A stretch of 64,000 nt of DNA from Octopus sinensis (Eukaryota), in NCBI RefSeq assembly GCF_006345805.1, contig NC_042998.1:160208001-160272000 (forward strand), in the 5' to 3' direction. Of the stretch, positions 37,891-51,159 are shown piece after piece. Below the pieces are notes generated by a model. That model was given only the letters and a program-made list of their open reading frames with translations, was not told where the DNA came from and made no database searches. Numbering within the stretch: the first letter of the stretch is position 1; the number at the start of each line of letters is the position of its first letter. A program made the translations under genes and the position numbers.

Positions 37891-39805
37891 TTGGTTGTTT
37901 TATGGTTTTTAGGGCAGCCTTTCATGAGATTTTTTCTCCTTCTCTTTATTTTATTGTTTGTAATTCCAATCAAGTTAAATAGTCACATGAGGCCAGTTTT
38001 ATTGCTGGTTACCTTGTTGGGAGTCATCTCCTATAATTTTTAAAAATTTGAACCTGCATCTTAATATCTGTATCTTCTAATTCTATTCTTCTAGTGAAAC
38101 TGAAGTCACATTTACATCACTTTTGTCTTTTAAACCTTATGAATAAGAAAAGATTAATTTTTTTTTGTTGTAACTTTTGTGGAAAGGACAATTCTTTTGT
38201 TTCATGAAACATCAGTGATGGGTGAAAGACTTGGAAGCATCTCAGAAAGAAATTTGGCAACATTGAGAATTTAATTTGTTGATGAATAACAGTTGGGAGT
38301 TTTAACTCAGTAGTCCAACTGAAAAATAAAATAGAATAAAGCTAGAAAGAAAGATTAACGTGACTGTAATTTGTAATTTTCTATATCAACTAATTCTTAG
38401 CTTCTTAGATTTGACTTAAGTTGGTGCTTTCATAGTAGTGTCTGCTCCGTGAATTCAAAATGATCAAAACCAATGCCAAGTCACTTGGCACTATTTGAAT
38501 CATTTTGCATGGAATTCATAATAACTTTAGCCACATTGCGACAGATATGACTAAGGGCTAAATACTTAGGCCTTTATCAGCAAAATATCTGAAACTTATT
38601 TTTCAACATGCCATTCTCTAAAATTGGAGGCCATGCAAATGTTAACCATTCATAGAAATTGCTAAATAAAGAAATTCTATAAGAAAGTGAATACTTCCAA
38701 TTACCAGCTTAGCATTTTTGGGGTGTCAAGGGCTTACGAATGCTGGGATTCTTTAAAAATTACTATAGCCAAATTTTTATTCAGTTGTATTTAGTAATCT
38801 AGAGGCAACAAAAGAAAAAGCAAAACCAAAAAAATAAAAAAAAGTATTTTTATAAAGAATGAACACTAACTAGACATTGTTCCTTGTTCAGTTATAGTTT
38901 ATTGTTACTTGAAAAAATATATGTATGTATATTTGGAGAGAAAGATTGCTGTACTATTATTGAAAGGATTCTGATTGAAAGAAGATAAAAAATATAAAGA
39001 TCCATATTTTCTTTGTTATTGATTAGTTAGTAGAATGGTGGGCCACTGAAATACTAAAAATCTAAGCTGTTGTATTCTTGAGAAGTTTGTGTGAGAATGT
39101 AATACCAACAAAATCAACATACTTTTAAATCTTCCTTGCTATTATTGAGAAAAGATGCGTGCATGTGTGTGTGTGTGGTCAGGCTATCAGAATGATTGGA
39201 TCTCTTGGTTGGATGATCTTTTATAAATCTGTTACCAACACATCTGAAACTGTTCCGATTCCATTATATAACACCTCCAGTTTAAATGTTTACATGCAGG
39301 TTAAAATCATACATCATAATTTTATCTAATAATGTTTTATGTTCTTCACCAACATAGTGTTAAACAAGTTACTTATTTTACTAAATCCCTCAAAATACTT
39401 GATTGTTTTAAAATTAATTGAAACACAGAGGCAGTGTATTTTATTTGAAATATACTCACAAAACCGTTAAGTTCTGTTTAGTTTGTTATTAATACTTTAT
39501 TTGACTCAGAATCATTATGATATTGAGTTAAGTAGGCTGGTATTCACTTTTTAGCTTGAATGAAACATCTTGTATGTATTGCTTACTCCCTCATTCTGTC
39601 TGTCTTAGTGTTGTTTAGCCCCTGGTCTATCTTTGATCAAAAGCATTCCAATTGTGACCATCTCGTCTTTTTTGAGGAGTATCTTACTTTCTTGTATGTG
39701 TGTGTGCATCTACTTACAGATTAAACAGAATGATAATATCAATATTTGTGACAATAACTTTGCTGTTAAGGATTAAAAGATGTCTTAATCAAAATGTATA
39801 TAATT

Positions 39806-40207
39806 GGCATAGGAGTGGCTGTGTGGTAAGTAGCTTGCTTACCAGCCATATGGTTCCGGGTTCAGTCCCACTGCATGGCACATTGGGCAAGTGTCTTCTA
39901 CTATAGCCTTGGGCTGACCAAAGCCTTGTGAGTGGATTTGGTAGATGGAAACTGAAAGAAGCCTGTCGTATATATGTATACATATGTGTTGTGTGTATGT
40001 TTGTGTGTCTGTGTTTGTCCCCTGCCCCCCCAACATCGCTTGACAACTGATGCTGGTGTGTTTATATCCCCGCAACTTGGCGGTTCAGCAAAAGAGACCG
40101 ATTGAATAAGTACTAGGCTTACAAAGAATAAGTCCTGGGCTTGATTTACTCAACTAAAGGCAGTGCTCCATCATGGCCACAGTCAAATGACTGAAACAAG
40201 TAAAAGA
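39806..40207 (+). mobile_element. tRNA-derived SINE family 1, full length
   Basis: Homologous to 28681-29100. Confidence 0.85.
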
Positions 40208-40353
40208 ATTGTAATTTTTTTGTTATGAAACTTGATGACTAGTAATGATGGCTGAAGATATTTATCTCCGCTCCTAATCTCAGACAGGACCAGCTAAGCT
40301 TCAAACTCTCTAAATCTATATTTGTTGCCAGTCAAGATTGATTACTTGTTAAT

Positions 40354-40579
40354 TTAACCCTTCAGCATTCAGATTACTATGTTAAATGTAACTTATTTAT
40401 TCACACTGTTTTCAATTAATTCTCTATTATCTTGTAGCTTTGAAATTTCAGTGATGTGATTGTATATTTTTAGAACGACATTGTAGATTAGATGTGAGAG
40501 GCCAGGACTGGCCAGTTTGAACATAAAACAAATAGAATCTTTGGGCTGGATATGGCCAGTTTAAAGGCTTAAGTGTTAA
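40354..40579 (+). mobile_element. piggyBac-type MITE (same family as 12714)
   Basis: TTAACCCTTCAGCATT...AAGTGTTAA. Confidence 0.65.
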
Positions 40580-41176
40580 ATTAGTTCTTAATTTGCATAT
40601 GCTAAATTGACTCAGGCAAAGTTAACCAGGATAGTATAGTGTTGGAGACAACCAGTAGAGAATTTGTCTGTTCATATCCTGTCATTAGTATTACACTGTG
40701 TCCACCCATAACACAGCTCTCAAACGGTTCAGTCTACTGAGCTGTAAATAAGTACTACGAAGTATGAAATGTTTACTGCTGTATGCAGGAGCAGCACTGC
40801 AAATTTCATAAGTGGTTTGTTAGTTTGCACTGCTGCATTCAACTCCTCCTAGTAGAGGTTAGTTAAGCTGATCATCTATTCATTGTAAACTCTGATTACA
40901 GGAGGCTAAGTAATTGACTCATAAGGTGGTGAGCTGGCAAAATTATTAGAGTGTCAGACAAAATGCTTCACAGCATTTCTTCTGGCTCTTTACATTCTGA
41001 GTTCAAATTCTGCTGAAGTTGACTTTGCTTTTTATCCTTTTAGGATTGATGAAATAAGTACCAGTTAAACACTGGGGTTGATATAATCAACTGTTTCCTT
41101 CCTCACAAAATTCCAGGCCTTATCTCTATACATTATTTACATTTGACGGATATTTGTCCTCATTTTGTTTGTTGTT

Positions 41177-41219
41177 AACACGTTTCGGCTGATATACCCT
41201 CCAGCCTTCATCAGGTGTC
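41177..41219 (-). ncRNA. Minimal type-I hammerhead ribozyme, cleavage triplet deleted
   Basis: GACAC-CTGATGA-A-GGCTG(GAGGGTATAT)CAGCC-GAAAC-GTGTT. Confidence 0.7.
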
Positions 41220-41562
41220 TTGGGGGAAATTTCAAACCTGGGTTCTCATTCCTAAGGTATTTTTCAGTATTGTTATTATTATTAGTATTAGTATTATTAT
41301 TATTCAGGTCACTGCCTGGAATTGAACTCGGAATCTTGGGGTTAGTAGCCCCACACTCTTAACCACTATGCCATGTGCCCATGGGCATTATGCCATATGC
41401 TGTTGGCATATGGCGTAGTGGTAAAAGCACAGGCTACTAACCCCAAGATTGCGAGTTCGATTCCAGGCAGTAATCTGAATAATAATAATAAATATTAATA
41501 ATAATAACAATAATATTGAAAAATACTTTAGGAATGAGAACTCGAGTTTGAAATTTCCCCAA

Positions 41563-41602
41563 GACACCTGATGAAAGGGTATATCAGCTGAAATGTTGTG
41601 TT
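41563..41602 (+). ncRNA. Minimal type-I hammerhead ribozyme, 5' strand of stem II deleted
   Basis: GACAC-CTGATGA-AAGGGTATATCAGCT-GAAAT-GTT-GTGTT. Confidence 0.6.
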
Positions 41603-41947
41603 AACAACAAACAAGACGAGGACAAATATCCATCAAATGTAAATAATGTAAATAATATATATAATTCTTCATCTCTTAAATATAGAACTGTATTTGTCTC
41701 TGTAGTAGAAAGGATTATTATTATTATTATTATTAAGGTGGTGAGCTGGCAGAATTGTTAGTGCACTGGACAAAATGTTTAACAGTATTTCGCCTGTCCC
41801 TACATTCTGAGTTCAAATTCTGCTGTGGTTGATTTGGCCTTTCATCCTTTTGGGTCAATAAATTAAGTACCAGTGAAATACTGGAGTCAGTGTAACTGAC
41901 TAATCCCCTCCCCCAAAATTTCAGGCCTTGTGCCTTTAGTAGAAAGG

Positions 41948-41980
<33 letters not shown>

Positions 41981-42233
41981 GAGGACATAAGGCCTAGTGT
42001 TTAGGGTATTGCATTCATGATTGTGAGATCATGGTTTCAATTCCTAGACTGGGTGATTCATTATGTTCTGGTGCAAAACACTTCATCTCATGTTACTCTG
42101 TGATCACTTCAACTCATGACCCGTGGTACACTGTGCATCTGTTCAGGCAATGTTGATTTGATGGAGCGAGTGAGTTAATATATGGCACATACATTTGATC
42201 ACTATAAACAAATCATTTGTGTGAATGCTTGTA
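41981..42233 (+). mobile_element. tRNA-derived SINE family 3 (second copy at about 62681-62949)
   Basis: Shared head (TAGTGGTTAGGG...GGTTTCA) and body GCAAAACACTTCATCTCA. Confidence 0.7.
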
Positions 42234-42471
42234 TGTCATCTTCAATGGTAGAGACCATCATTATTGTTCATATTTCAGTGTTATCTTTTGTTTGTGTTCT
42301 GAAGTTCTACAACTATTGCTGCTGCTGCCACAACAATCATCATCACTGCCATCACCACTACTCACAGTTTTCTCTCTTTTTAACCCTTTGGACCCTTGAG
42401 TATGCTTTAGCAGGTGTGATTTCATTTGACTATATACTTATACACAAGCAGATGGCTACATGGGTTTGTGT

Positions 42472-42693
42472 GTAACCATTTACTATTTAAACCATTCATA
42501 CCAGGCCCAAATATTCTCTCCACTTTATGTTCACACTGACCAGATCTGACTTCTCACACCTATCCTACAATGTCATCCTAAAAATAAACAATCACTGAAA
42601 TTTGAAAGCTACAAGGTAATGCATGATTAATTCAAAACAATGTGAATAAATAAACACTACGTTTCACAGAGTAATCTAAATGTTAAAGGTTTA
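42472..42693 (-). mobile_element. piggyBac-type MITE (same family as 12714)
   Basis: Reverse complement of 40354-40579. Confidence 0.6.
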
Positions 42694-42696
42694 AAG

Positions 42697-43026
42697 CAGG
42701 AGTTCTCAACCGGTTTTTATCTATGGACCTCTTTGATTACCATTTTATTCTGGGTGACCCCCATATCTATTTGATGTTTAAAACTAGTTTTATAGCAATT
42801 TCTTTCAAAATTCCTATCTTGTTTTTCACACATTCACTTGTGTAGGTTGAACTAATGTAAAACATGAGAGAAAGAAACCTAGCTGTTTCTTGTAATACAT
42901 ACCAATACAGTCGTCTAAAGCAAAAGGTTTTCAGGAGCCCTTAAAATACTATTGTGGATCCCTAATTTACTATTTTGTTGTGCGGACCCCCAAAATTCTT
43001 ATATGTACCCAAATTGAGAACCACTA
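42697..43026. mobile_element. hAT-type MITE
   Basis: TIRs CAGGAGTTCTCAA / TTGAGAACCACTA; flanking 8-mers GTTTAAAG / GGTTAGAG match at 6 of 8 positions, consistent with a decayed TSD. Confidence 0.65.
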
Positions 43027-46000
43027 GGTTAGAGCATGTCAATTGACAGAAACATTGTTATTTTCAGCTGTAAAGCCAAAACCATGTGACTGCCTATTTT
43101 TGCATCTTCTAGTAATGTAGTCAAATGAAATCATGCTCTCTAAAGCATACTCATGCGCATACTCAAAGAGTTAATATCCACTTAGAATTAAAGCTCCATC
43201 TCTATCTTTTCTCCCGTTATCTTACTATTGAACTAATCTTTTTCTCTTCACATTTTTCATCTATGTTTTTCTGTTAGGCGGATGAATCTTTATAGAACCC
43301 CTGCTTTTGTCTTAGGGTAGCAGCTGTTATTTCCTATTTGCTTACCCCTAGAAAGTATGAAAAATAGCTAATATTTCCTTCAAACTTTGCTTTTGTTACA
43401 TTTATTCAAACCCATAGAATCTCTTACAACACATGGCTATGATGCACTCCTGCAACTCTTGCTCATGATCAGAGATGCACATATTGTCAGCCCTAAGGGA
43501 CATGCCCAACTGGTTAAGGTCAAACAACTAACAAGCAAATTTTGGTGTTGAGCAGAATTTTTGCTATAATGATATTTCTGTATGAGCAACTCAGTACTGA
43601 ATCTGTCTGAAATGTAATGGAAAATAGGTCAGTTTCAAAATGTTGATTGTCCAGGTCAGAAGCAAAATTAGAAAGGAATAATAGTCATGTCCTTTGATTC
43701 CTAGATAGAAACAAATAGGAAATGATGCTTATTGACCAAAGACACACACACAAAATAAGTAAAATAAAATTTTGTTACTCAATATTAATACATTGGATTT
43801 TATGACTTAGAATTCACCACAGTAATGCTATTAATCACAAAGCAACTCTAATTCACAAGTATCCATAAAAATCCCTAAAATCATGATGTAAATATGTGAT
43901 TTTTTAAAAGTTAATTTTTTAAAGTTGCCTTATGATTCATTGCTGCATAGTTTGAACCTTCAGTCCAACAATACATAACTGGCTTATGGTTCATGGTGTA
44001 TTGTTAGTTTTTTGAGTTTTCTACCTTCATCTGTCTTTCTTAAGTTTATAACTTTGCTTTTATCCAAAGATTGAAGAAAACAGCAGTGACAGCTGTCACT
44101 TGTTGAACTTGATTTATGCTTGATCTAGTGATCTACATTTGGTCATTTAGCATTTAATCAAAGGAATTATTTTAAAAACTTTAGCTCTTCAAGATATATG
44201 TTTGTTGACACTGTAGGTAACCATCATATAATGCAGATTGTTAGAAGTAGCATGCAGTAATTATCCTTCCACCTTCTTGTTGTCAATGGAAACAGATCAT
44301 TTGCATCTATTTTTATAATATTTGTAGTTCACTACTTCATTTCCAAGTTGTTCATTTAATTAATTTGCAATTGATAAAAATCAGATTCTTTCTGCAAGAG
44401 ATCGCCATAAAAAATGATAATATTATAGAAGATGCAATGAAGAGGAACTGAATAATTCTTTAAAAACAAAACAAAACAAAGCAAAAACACCCCCTCCAAA
44501 AAAAAAAACAACACAAACAAACAAATGAACAAAAAAAAACAAAAACTCTTGAAATTATTAGGGAAAAATTCATTCTTATAATGCATTTAAAGACATTAAA
44601 AGCTTTGCTCCATTTCTACTAGAAACTCAATCTTGAGTTAACAAGATGAGGAGGAGCCTTGCACTTTGATATAAACCAGAATCAAAGTTTATAATAGATT
44701 TACAGGATTACATTTCTACAACATTTTGTTGTAGAATTGAATAACTGGAGCTTTTCCTGGTCTTGCTTTCCTATAAACTAAAGATGTGATGCTTAAACAG
44801 TTCATTGAACAAAGCTAAAATGTTGCCTAACACTTTTGATGTCTGGTAGCTAAAAAAAAAAAAAATGAAAGAAAAAACATGCAGAAATATTGTTTATGAA
44901 TATGAAAAGGATGTAATGATTAACCCTACCTATATATTTTATTTTGATTATTTTTTTCTTCTCAAAGATCACAGTATCACCAACTTTTCTATTTGATACT
45001 GCAGCCATATTATTTGAAGTAATTGTTCTTGCTATCATACTTAAAGCATTTTATGTGATACCCACCAACTATTTTTTTATCTTTTGCAAATAATTTGAAA
45101 TATGAGATACATGTTATTTTCTTTCTTCTTGTGTGAAATGTGTTGATGGTATTAGTTCTCTCTGTAGAATATAGACATTGTTTGGTTTACTTAATAAAGC
45201 ATTGAATTCTAGAGTTGATAAAACCAATTCAGTTCCAGTTGATAAATCCACATTCCAGTGTCTTTTGATGAAATCTGATAACATATTTTGGAATCAATAG
45301 TTCAAACCTTTGTTTTTAGTTTTAAAGCAAACACTTTAAAAGGCTGCAGAGAGATTAATTTATTTTCTCTTTAGTTTCAAAAATTTATTAAACAGGCATA
45401 GCTGTCTGATAAGAATCTTACTACCCAACCATATGGTCTTGGGTTCAGTCCCACAGCACAACACCTTGGGCAAGTGTCTTTTCCTATATAACCCTGACCT
45501 GATCAAATCCTTGAGAGTGGATTTGGTAGAGAGAAACTGAAAGAAGCCTGTTGTATATATTTTGTAATTTTTCCACTTTAATAATTAGGTGTTTATTTTA
45601 ATTATTAAAGTGGTAAAATTATCAGAAAAACCGTTTCTATTAATTTTTTCAAATATATAATACTGTGCCAAGGACTTTCTATTTCTACTTGAAGTTTATA
45701 AATTCTTATGATGTCAACCATGTGCATGTGTGTTTATGTGTTTGCATGTGTGTGTGTCTTTATGTTGGTGTCTTTCTGTTTGTGTTTGTCCCTCATCACC
45801 ACTTGACAACTAGTGTTGGTTTGTGTGTAGCCTTGTAACCTAGCTATTTGGCAAAAAGAGCCTGATAGAATAAATACCAAGCTGGGGTCAATTTGCTTGA
45901 CTAAGTACTTCAAGGTGGTAATCCAGCATGGCTGCAGTCCAAAGACTGGTATAAAAAAGCAACGATTTTGTCCTTATATTTTTGTCTTGTTCTTTCTCTT

Positions 46001-46320
46001 CTCTCTCTCTCATTTACCCATGGCAGTGGATCTAAAATAGCTTTCCTTGAACAATTTCTTGTTCAAGTTTTGTCAAGATCTATGTCTAAACTTTTGCATT
46101 TTATTTTAACGAAAAACAGACATAAAATGATGATGAGTGTGTATATATACATGTCTATGTGTGTGTGTGTGTGTATATAATACCACAGATTTGTTTGTTA
46201 CTTGCTTGACCTTAAGCACTTGAGCATGTCCCTTAGTAGTTGACAATATGTGCATCGCTGATCATGAGCAAGAGTTGCAGGAGTGCATCATAGCCATGTG
46301 TTGAAAGAGATTATTCACGC

Positions 46321-46575
46321 TCCACAGATTTAGTCAATTTTGCTGAATGTCTTTCTTCAAGTGCTCCAAAACATTGCAGTAGAACTGTTGATTGATGGTC
46401 TGGCCCTGGGGGAATAATTCTTGATGCACAATACCACATTTCCAAGAGTGACACTGGTGGCAGGTTTTCCATATTGCTCATCTTCCAGGGACGTTCTTCC
46501 ACTTTTGAAGCACTGTGCCACTTGAAACATTACATATAACCCATTGCCTTGATACTGTAAGCTTGTTGAAGCATG
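46321..46575 (-). pseudogene. Internally deleted mariner transposase relic
   Basis: MLQQAY...CFKWH...FKSGRTSLEDEQYGKPATS joined to IVHQELFPQGQTINQQFYCNVLEHL. Confidence 0.8.
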
Positions 46576-46989
46576 CTCCTGGCTTCCCAGACCGCGGTTG
46601 AACCATCCAACCCATGCTAGCATAGAAAATGGACGTTAAACAATGATGATGATGATGATGTCACATATACCCCAGCACTAGCCTGGTACTTATTTTATTG
46701 ATCCTGAAAATATGAAAGGCAAAGTTATCTTTGGCAGAATTTGAATTCAAATGTAAAGATGGATGAAATGCCGTCAAACAGAATTATTATCATGCTGGGC
46801 AAAACGCTTAGTGCCATTTTGTCTGTCTTTACATTCTCTGTTCAAATTCTGCCAAGATTGACTTTGCCTTTCATCCTTTCAGAGTAGATAAAATAAATAA
46901 CAGTTAAGTACTGGGGTTGATGTAATCAGTTTACCTCAACCCCAAACTTGCTGGCCTTGTGCCAAAATTTTGAAACCATTATTCCATTA

Positions 46990-47014
46990 TTAATTATTAT
47001 TATTATTATTATTA

Positions 47015-47049
<35 letters not shown>

Positions 47050-47053
47050 GTTA

Positions 47054-47127
<74 letters not shown>

Positions 47128-47658
47128 TAGTGATAGAGCAGTGCATGTCATCAAAGTGACACTGGGGTAAAATATATGAAATCCAGTATACCCGTCTGAT
47201 ATGGGTACACCAGGCATATGCATCACAACCATATGTGCACGACATAATGATCTCATATCAAGATAAACAATGCATGACCTTGCAGATGGGGCCCAGTTAG
47301 AATTTTCTTCAGGTTGAGTAGCCCATTTCACTCAAAAGGTTCCTGAATAAGGGTTGTTTCAGGATGATGAACAAAACACCTGTGTTTCCAAAGGTGAATT
47401 ATCCAAACCCCAAGGAATTCCTCTCAACACATGGCTGTGATGCTCCCCCACTACTTCTGCTTGTGATCAGAGATGCACATATCGTCAACCACTAAAGAAC
47501 ATGCTCAATTGGTCAAGCAATTGACAAGCAAATCTGTGGTACTGAGCAGAATATTTGCTGTAGCCTTTTATACCAAGACAAGACAATGTACATGATAACA
47601 CTTCCAATCAGTTAAGATCAGAAGCCATGAGAGCCACTTCATGGTACTGCATCAGGGC

Positions 47659-47714
<56 letters not shown>
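46990..47714 (+). mobile_element. About 535-bp interspersed element (47126-47660) embedded in (ATT)n arrays
   Basis: (ATT/GTT)n at 46990-47125 and 47661-47714. Fragments of the same family at 43385-43570 (+) and 46182-46312 (-). Confidence 0.7.
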
Positions 47715-47715
<1 letters not shown>

Positions 47716-49139
47716 GGTGATGATGATGATAGTGGTAGTGATACACACATATACACATGTATTACGGTTTTGCATTCATTTTTTTTGTACTTTACAAGCT
47801 GAGTTATATGCATTATTCAAAGGCTCAACACAGTGGTTGTAAGCTGTTAGGTTTGAACTTATGATTACCTGGTCAGCATTTTACCTCCTTAACCTCTGAT
47901 CTTTAAATCTTTGTACTCCATAATATTGGTTTAAAAAAATATTTATGTGTTTTGTTGCATTTTCCCTTTTCTGTGTTAGCTGTTCTAATGCATTTATTTG
48001 CTGATCTTCTTAACATACGCTCAACACTGGCAAACTTTTTAATGCATTGTCTACTTTAAAATATTTTTATCTGAGCATATTTGGGATCTCAGCATGGCTA
48101 TGTCAGACATTAAAGTAGAATGCAGCTAATTCAATTGCTAACTGAAAGTCATGTCTGTTGGTGTGATTTATCTGAAATGTTGTTAAAACATCTCAGCGAT
48201 TCAAGCCTTGGGCTGCTTTACTTCATACTGATACCAGCTATCATCATGTGACTTATGTGAGAGATTTATAGATTTATTCTGTCTTTAAATTCATGCAAGA
48301 AAGAAAGAAAGAAGGAAAGAAAGAAAGAGAGAAAATACTAAATACTAAAATGAAGAATGTCAACAACACTCTGATCTATACAGGAACCTCTCTCCAGTGA
48401 CAATTATTCTATATTATATTGTGAGCCATTTATATTTTCTAACCGGCTGTTCAGCTGTTTGTCAGTCTGTCTCTTTGTCATATTGTGGCACAGCTTGTAG
48501 ATAATAAATGTTGCTGCTTGTTTATATGTACACACTCACGCAAGCACAGATATATATGCTGCATTCTCTTTCATGAAAAAAAAAAAAAACACAACAAAGA
48601 AAAAATACAGAACATCATTTTCATTTGAAATGCCATTATAGGCTGTTTATTGAAATTATCAACAGCTTCTCTTTTAACCCTTCCGTGACTACATTTCTAA
48701 CAAGTAGACTACCTAAGTGTTTCAATTAATTTTCAATATAATGAAGACTGTCTGGTAGTTTAGTAAAAGTATGTGTATCTTTATATGTTAGTATATTATA
48801 CTGGAGTTGACCATCTAGAATATCATGATATCCTTCATGTTCTATTAAGATTTTTGATTGAGTATTTAATTTTGACACGAACATTTGAGTGTAGGTGGTT
48901 TGGTATTAAAATGACTGGCGTTGTATAATGCTTTGGGTGACTCTCACTGATAAACTTACTTATTTGAAGATTAGAGATTTAATAAAATGAGTACCAGACT
49001 CAGTTCTGTGACCAAAATAATTGACTAAAACCCTTGAAGATGGCATTGAGCTAGTAGAGTAAAAGAATAGGCATGTGCATGAACACACACACATACACAC
49101 ACAATGATGTGGTTAAGAAATTCACTTAGTAATTGTGTG

Positions 49140-49520
49140 ACACCTCTTTTATCTTTTAATTGTTTCAGTCAATTAGACTGCAGCCATACTGGAGCATGTT
49201 CTTGAAGAAATTTTAGTTGTGTGAATTGACTCCTGTCCTTATTCTTTTATTTTTAAGCCTGATACTTATTCTAGTGGTGGCTTTTGCTGAACTGCGAAGT
49301 CATGGGGATGTAAACACATCAACACCGGTTGTCAAGCAGTGGTGGGGGACAAACACTAGCACAAAGACACACACATATATGTACATGTACAACAAATTGC
49401 TTTAGTTTCTGGGCTGAGGCTATTGCAACAGACACTTGCCCAGGGTACCATACAGGGGGACTGAACATGGAACTGTGGTTGAGAAAGAAACTTCTTGCCA
49501 GACAGCCATGCCTACACCTT
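49140..49520 (-). mobile_element. Decayed SINE family 1 copy
   Basis: Homologous to 22234-22641. Further partial copies near 16780, 21290, 45400 and 60360. Confidence 0.7.
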
Positions 49521-51080
49521 GGGCATGTGTCTTCTATGTTATCTTTGGCTTCACTAGTACTCTGTAAGTAGATTTTGATAGCTGGAAACTGTATTGAGGC
49601 CCATCATTATCACCATCACCACCACCACCAGCATGATCATGATGATCATCATCACCATATTCATCATTGTCCTTATGCCTGTTTTTCATAAAATAACCAT
49701 GCTTTTATGGGTTGGATAAGTCACTGCAGTCCGAGTCATTTCTTGTTCATTGTTACTGCCCTCCTAGGTGGTGGAATATATATATGAATGTCTGAGTTAG
49801 TGTTTATTAGTGAAAAAAACCCCCCAAAAGTGTAACTTTGTAATTCAATAAAATTTAGATGGAGAAAACAAGTATCAGATTGAAGTAAGCACTGAAGTCG
49901 ATATGACCAACTAAAACCATTGAAAGCAGTACCCCAGCATGGCAGCATTCCAGTGACCAGTAAAAGAATAAAAGAATGTATATTGACATCTATATCTGTC
50001 TCTTTCTCTCTCTATATGTATATGTGTGTGTGTGTGTGTGTGCGTACATGCAAACACATGCCCACATATATAAGTATGTACAGAGACAAACTCACTCATA
50101 TATCCGTATCTATCTGTTTGTCGGTCTGTCTGTCTGTCTCTCTCTCTCTACACACACACATCTATGTAAACTCTCTCTCACACGCTCATATAGATTTGTG
50201 TTTATTACTATATGGATATTCATTAAGCCTTCATTGATAGAAGCCATATTTCAAATAAGCTATAGTTAGTTATGTGAGTGGTTAAAAAAAATGTTGATTC
50301 TTGAAAGTTGTACTGTCATCAAGAGAGCAGAGGAAAATTCCTACTGACAAGATCCCTTAAGGGGCTCTTTCAAGACACATCCAATATTGTGAGTAGGTTT
50401 GGCAACAACTTTGATTTGCTGAAGTGCTCTCTCTTTTATCAATGGTAAATACATCAGAGGAGTGGGAGGAACCACTTCCTGTCTTGCAGAATTGCCATGC
50501 AAAAGAGCCTTCACACAAAGACACCAACAGCCTTGGGGACAATAGGACATGTGTTAGATTAATCCTGGCATATTTTACTGAATATCTGGCACCCTTTTCT
50601 TTGTTTTGTTGCCTTAGGTTGTTGGCACAGAGTGGATGTGTGGACACTTTTGTGTGGTCAGAATATCTGCCTTATCACTTCTCCCCTCTTCTCTCATTGT
50701 GTGTGCATCTCTCTTTCCCTCCCTCTCTCTTTCTTTCTCTCCCTAGTAGCAGAATGGCAGTAGTTATTCAATGTTGTTTCAGCAAGAACAAGAACAGGAA
50801 ATGTAATATAATACCATAGATAATCTAATTCTAAGGAGTAAGACTGTCACTAATAAATAGCTGAAGTGTGGGTTGGCATACATGTGTGTGTGTGTTTGTG
50901 TGGGTGGGATTGTAGATATCTAAAAGTACATATCCATATATTTAAATTTGTACACACACAAAAATGTACTCAATAGTGAGTTTATTTGTGTAAAGTCAAA
51001 GAACACATCCTCACACACACACACATAAAAGAAAAAGAGATGACACAGGAAAAACAATGTTTATGTTATGAAATTCATTT

Positions 51081-51159
51081 GCTTACAGCTGTTTCTACTA
51101 TGCGGTGCAGTGGACTCTTAGTTGAGTGCCTAAATAACATCCTATAGCTTCATCAGAGC
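51081..51159 (-). ncRNA. Minimal type-I hammerhead-like motif, family 2
   Basis: GCT-CTGATGA-A-GCTATAGG...CCGCATAGT-A-GAAAC-AGCT-GTA-AGC; palindromic stem III ACAGCTGT. Confidence 0.65.

Larger units (their letters stand above)
41129..41694. mobile_element. Inverted dimer of a tRNA-head + hammerhead retroelement
   Basis: Arms 41129-41379 (minus) and 41405-41650 (plus). Each has a Pol III A box TGGCRTAGTGG, a B box GTTCRATTCC, an (AAT)n tract and a CTGATGA...GAAA core. Confidence 0.85.
40923..41950 (+). mobile_element. SINE family 2 copies at 40923-41130 (its tail resumes at 41695) and 41735-41950
   Basis: Head AAGGTGGTGAGCTGGCAGAAT, B box GAGTTCAAATTC, and an (ATT)n tail. Confidence 0.8.

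Noticed and set aside
41405-41475. tRNA-like sequence with perfect A and B boxes
   Set aside because: It has no closed acceptor stem or full cloverleaf and runs into a repeat body; it is a SINE head, not a tRNA gene. The same applies to the other SINE heads.
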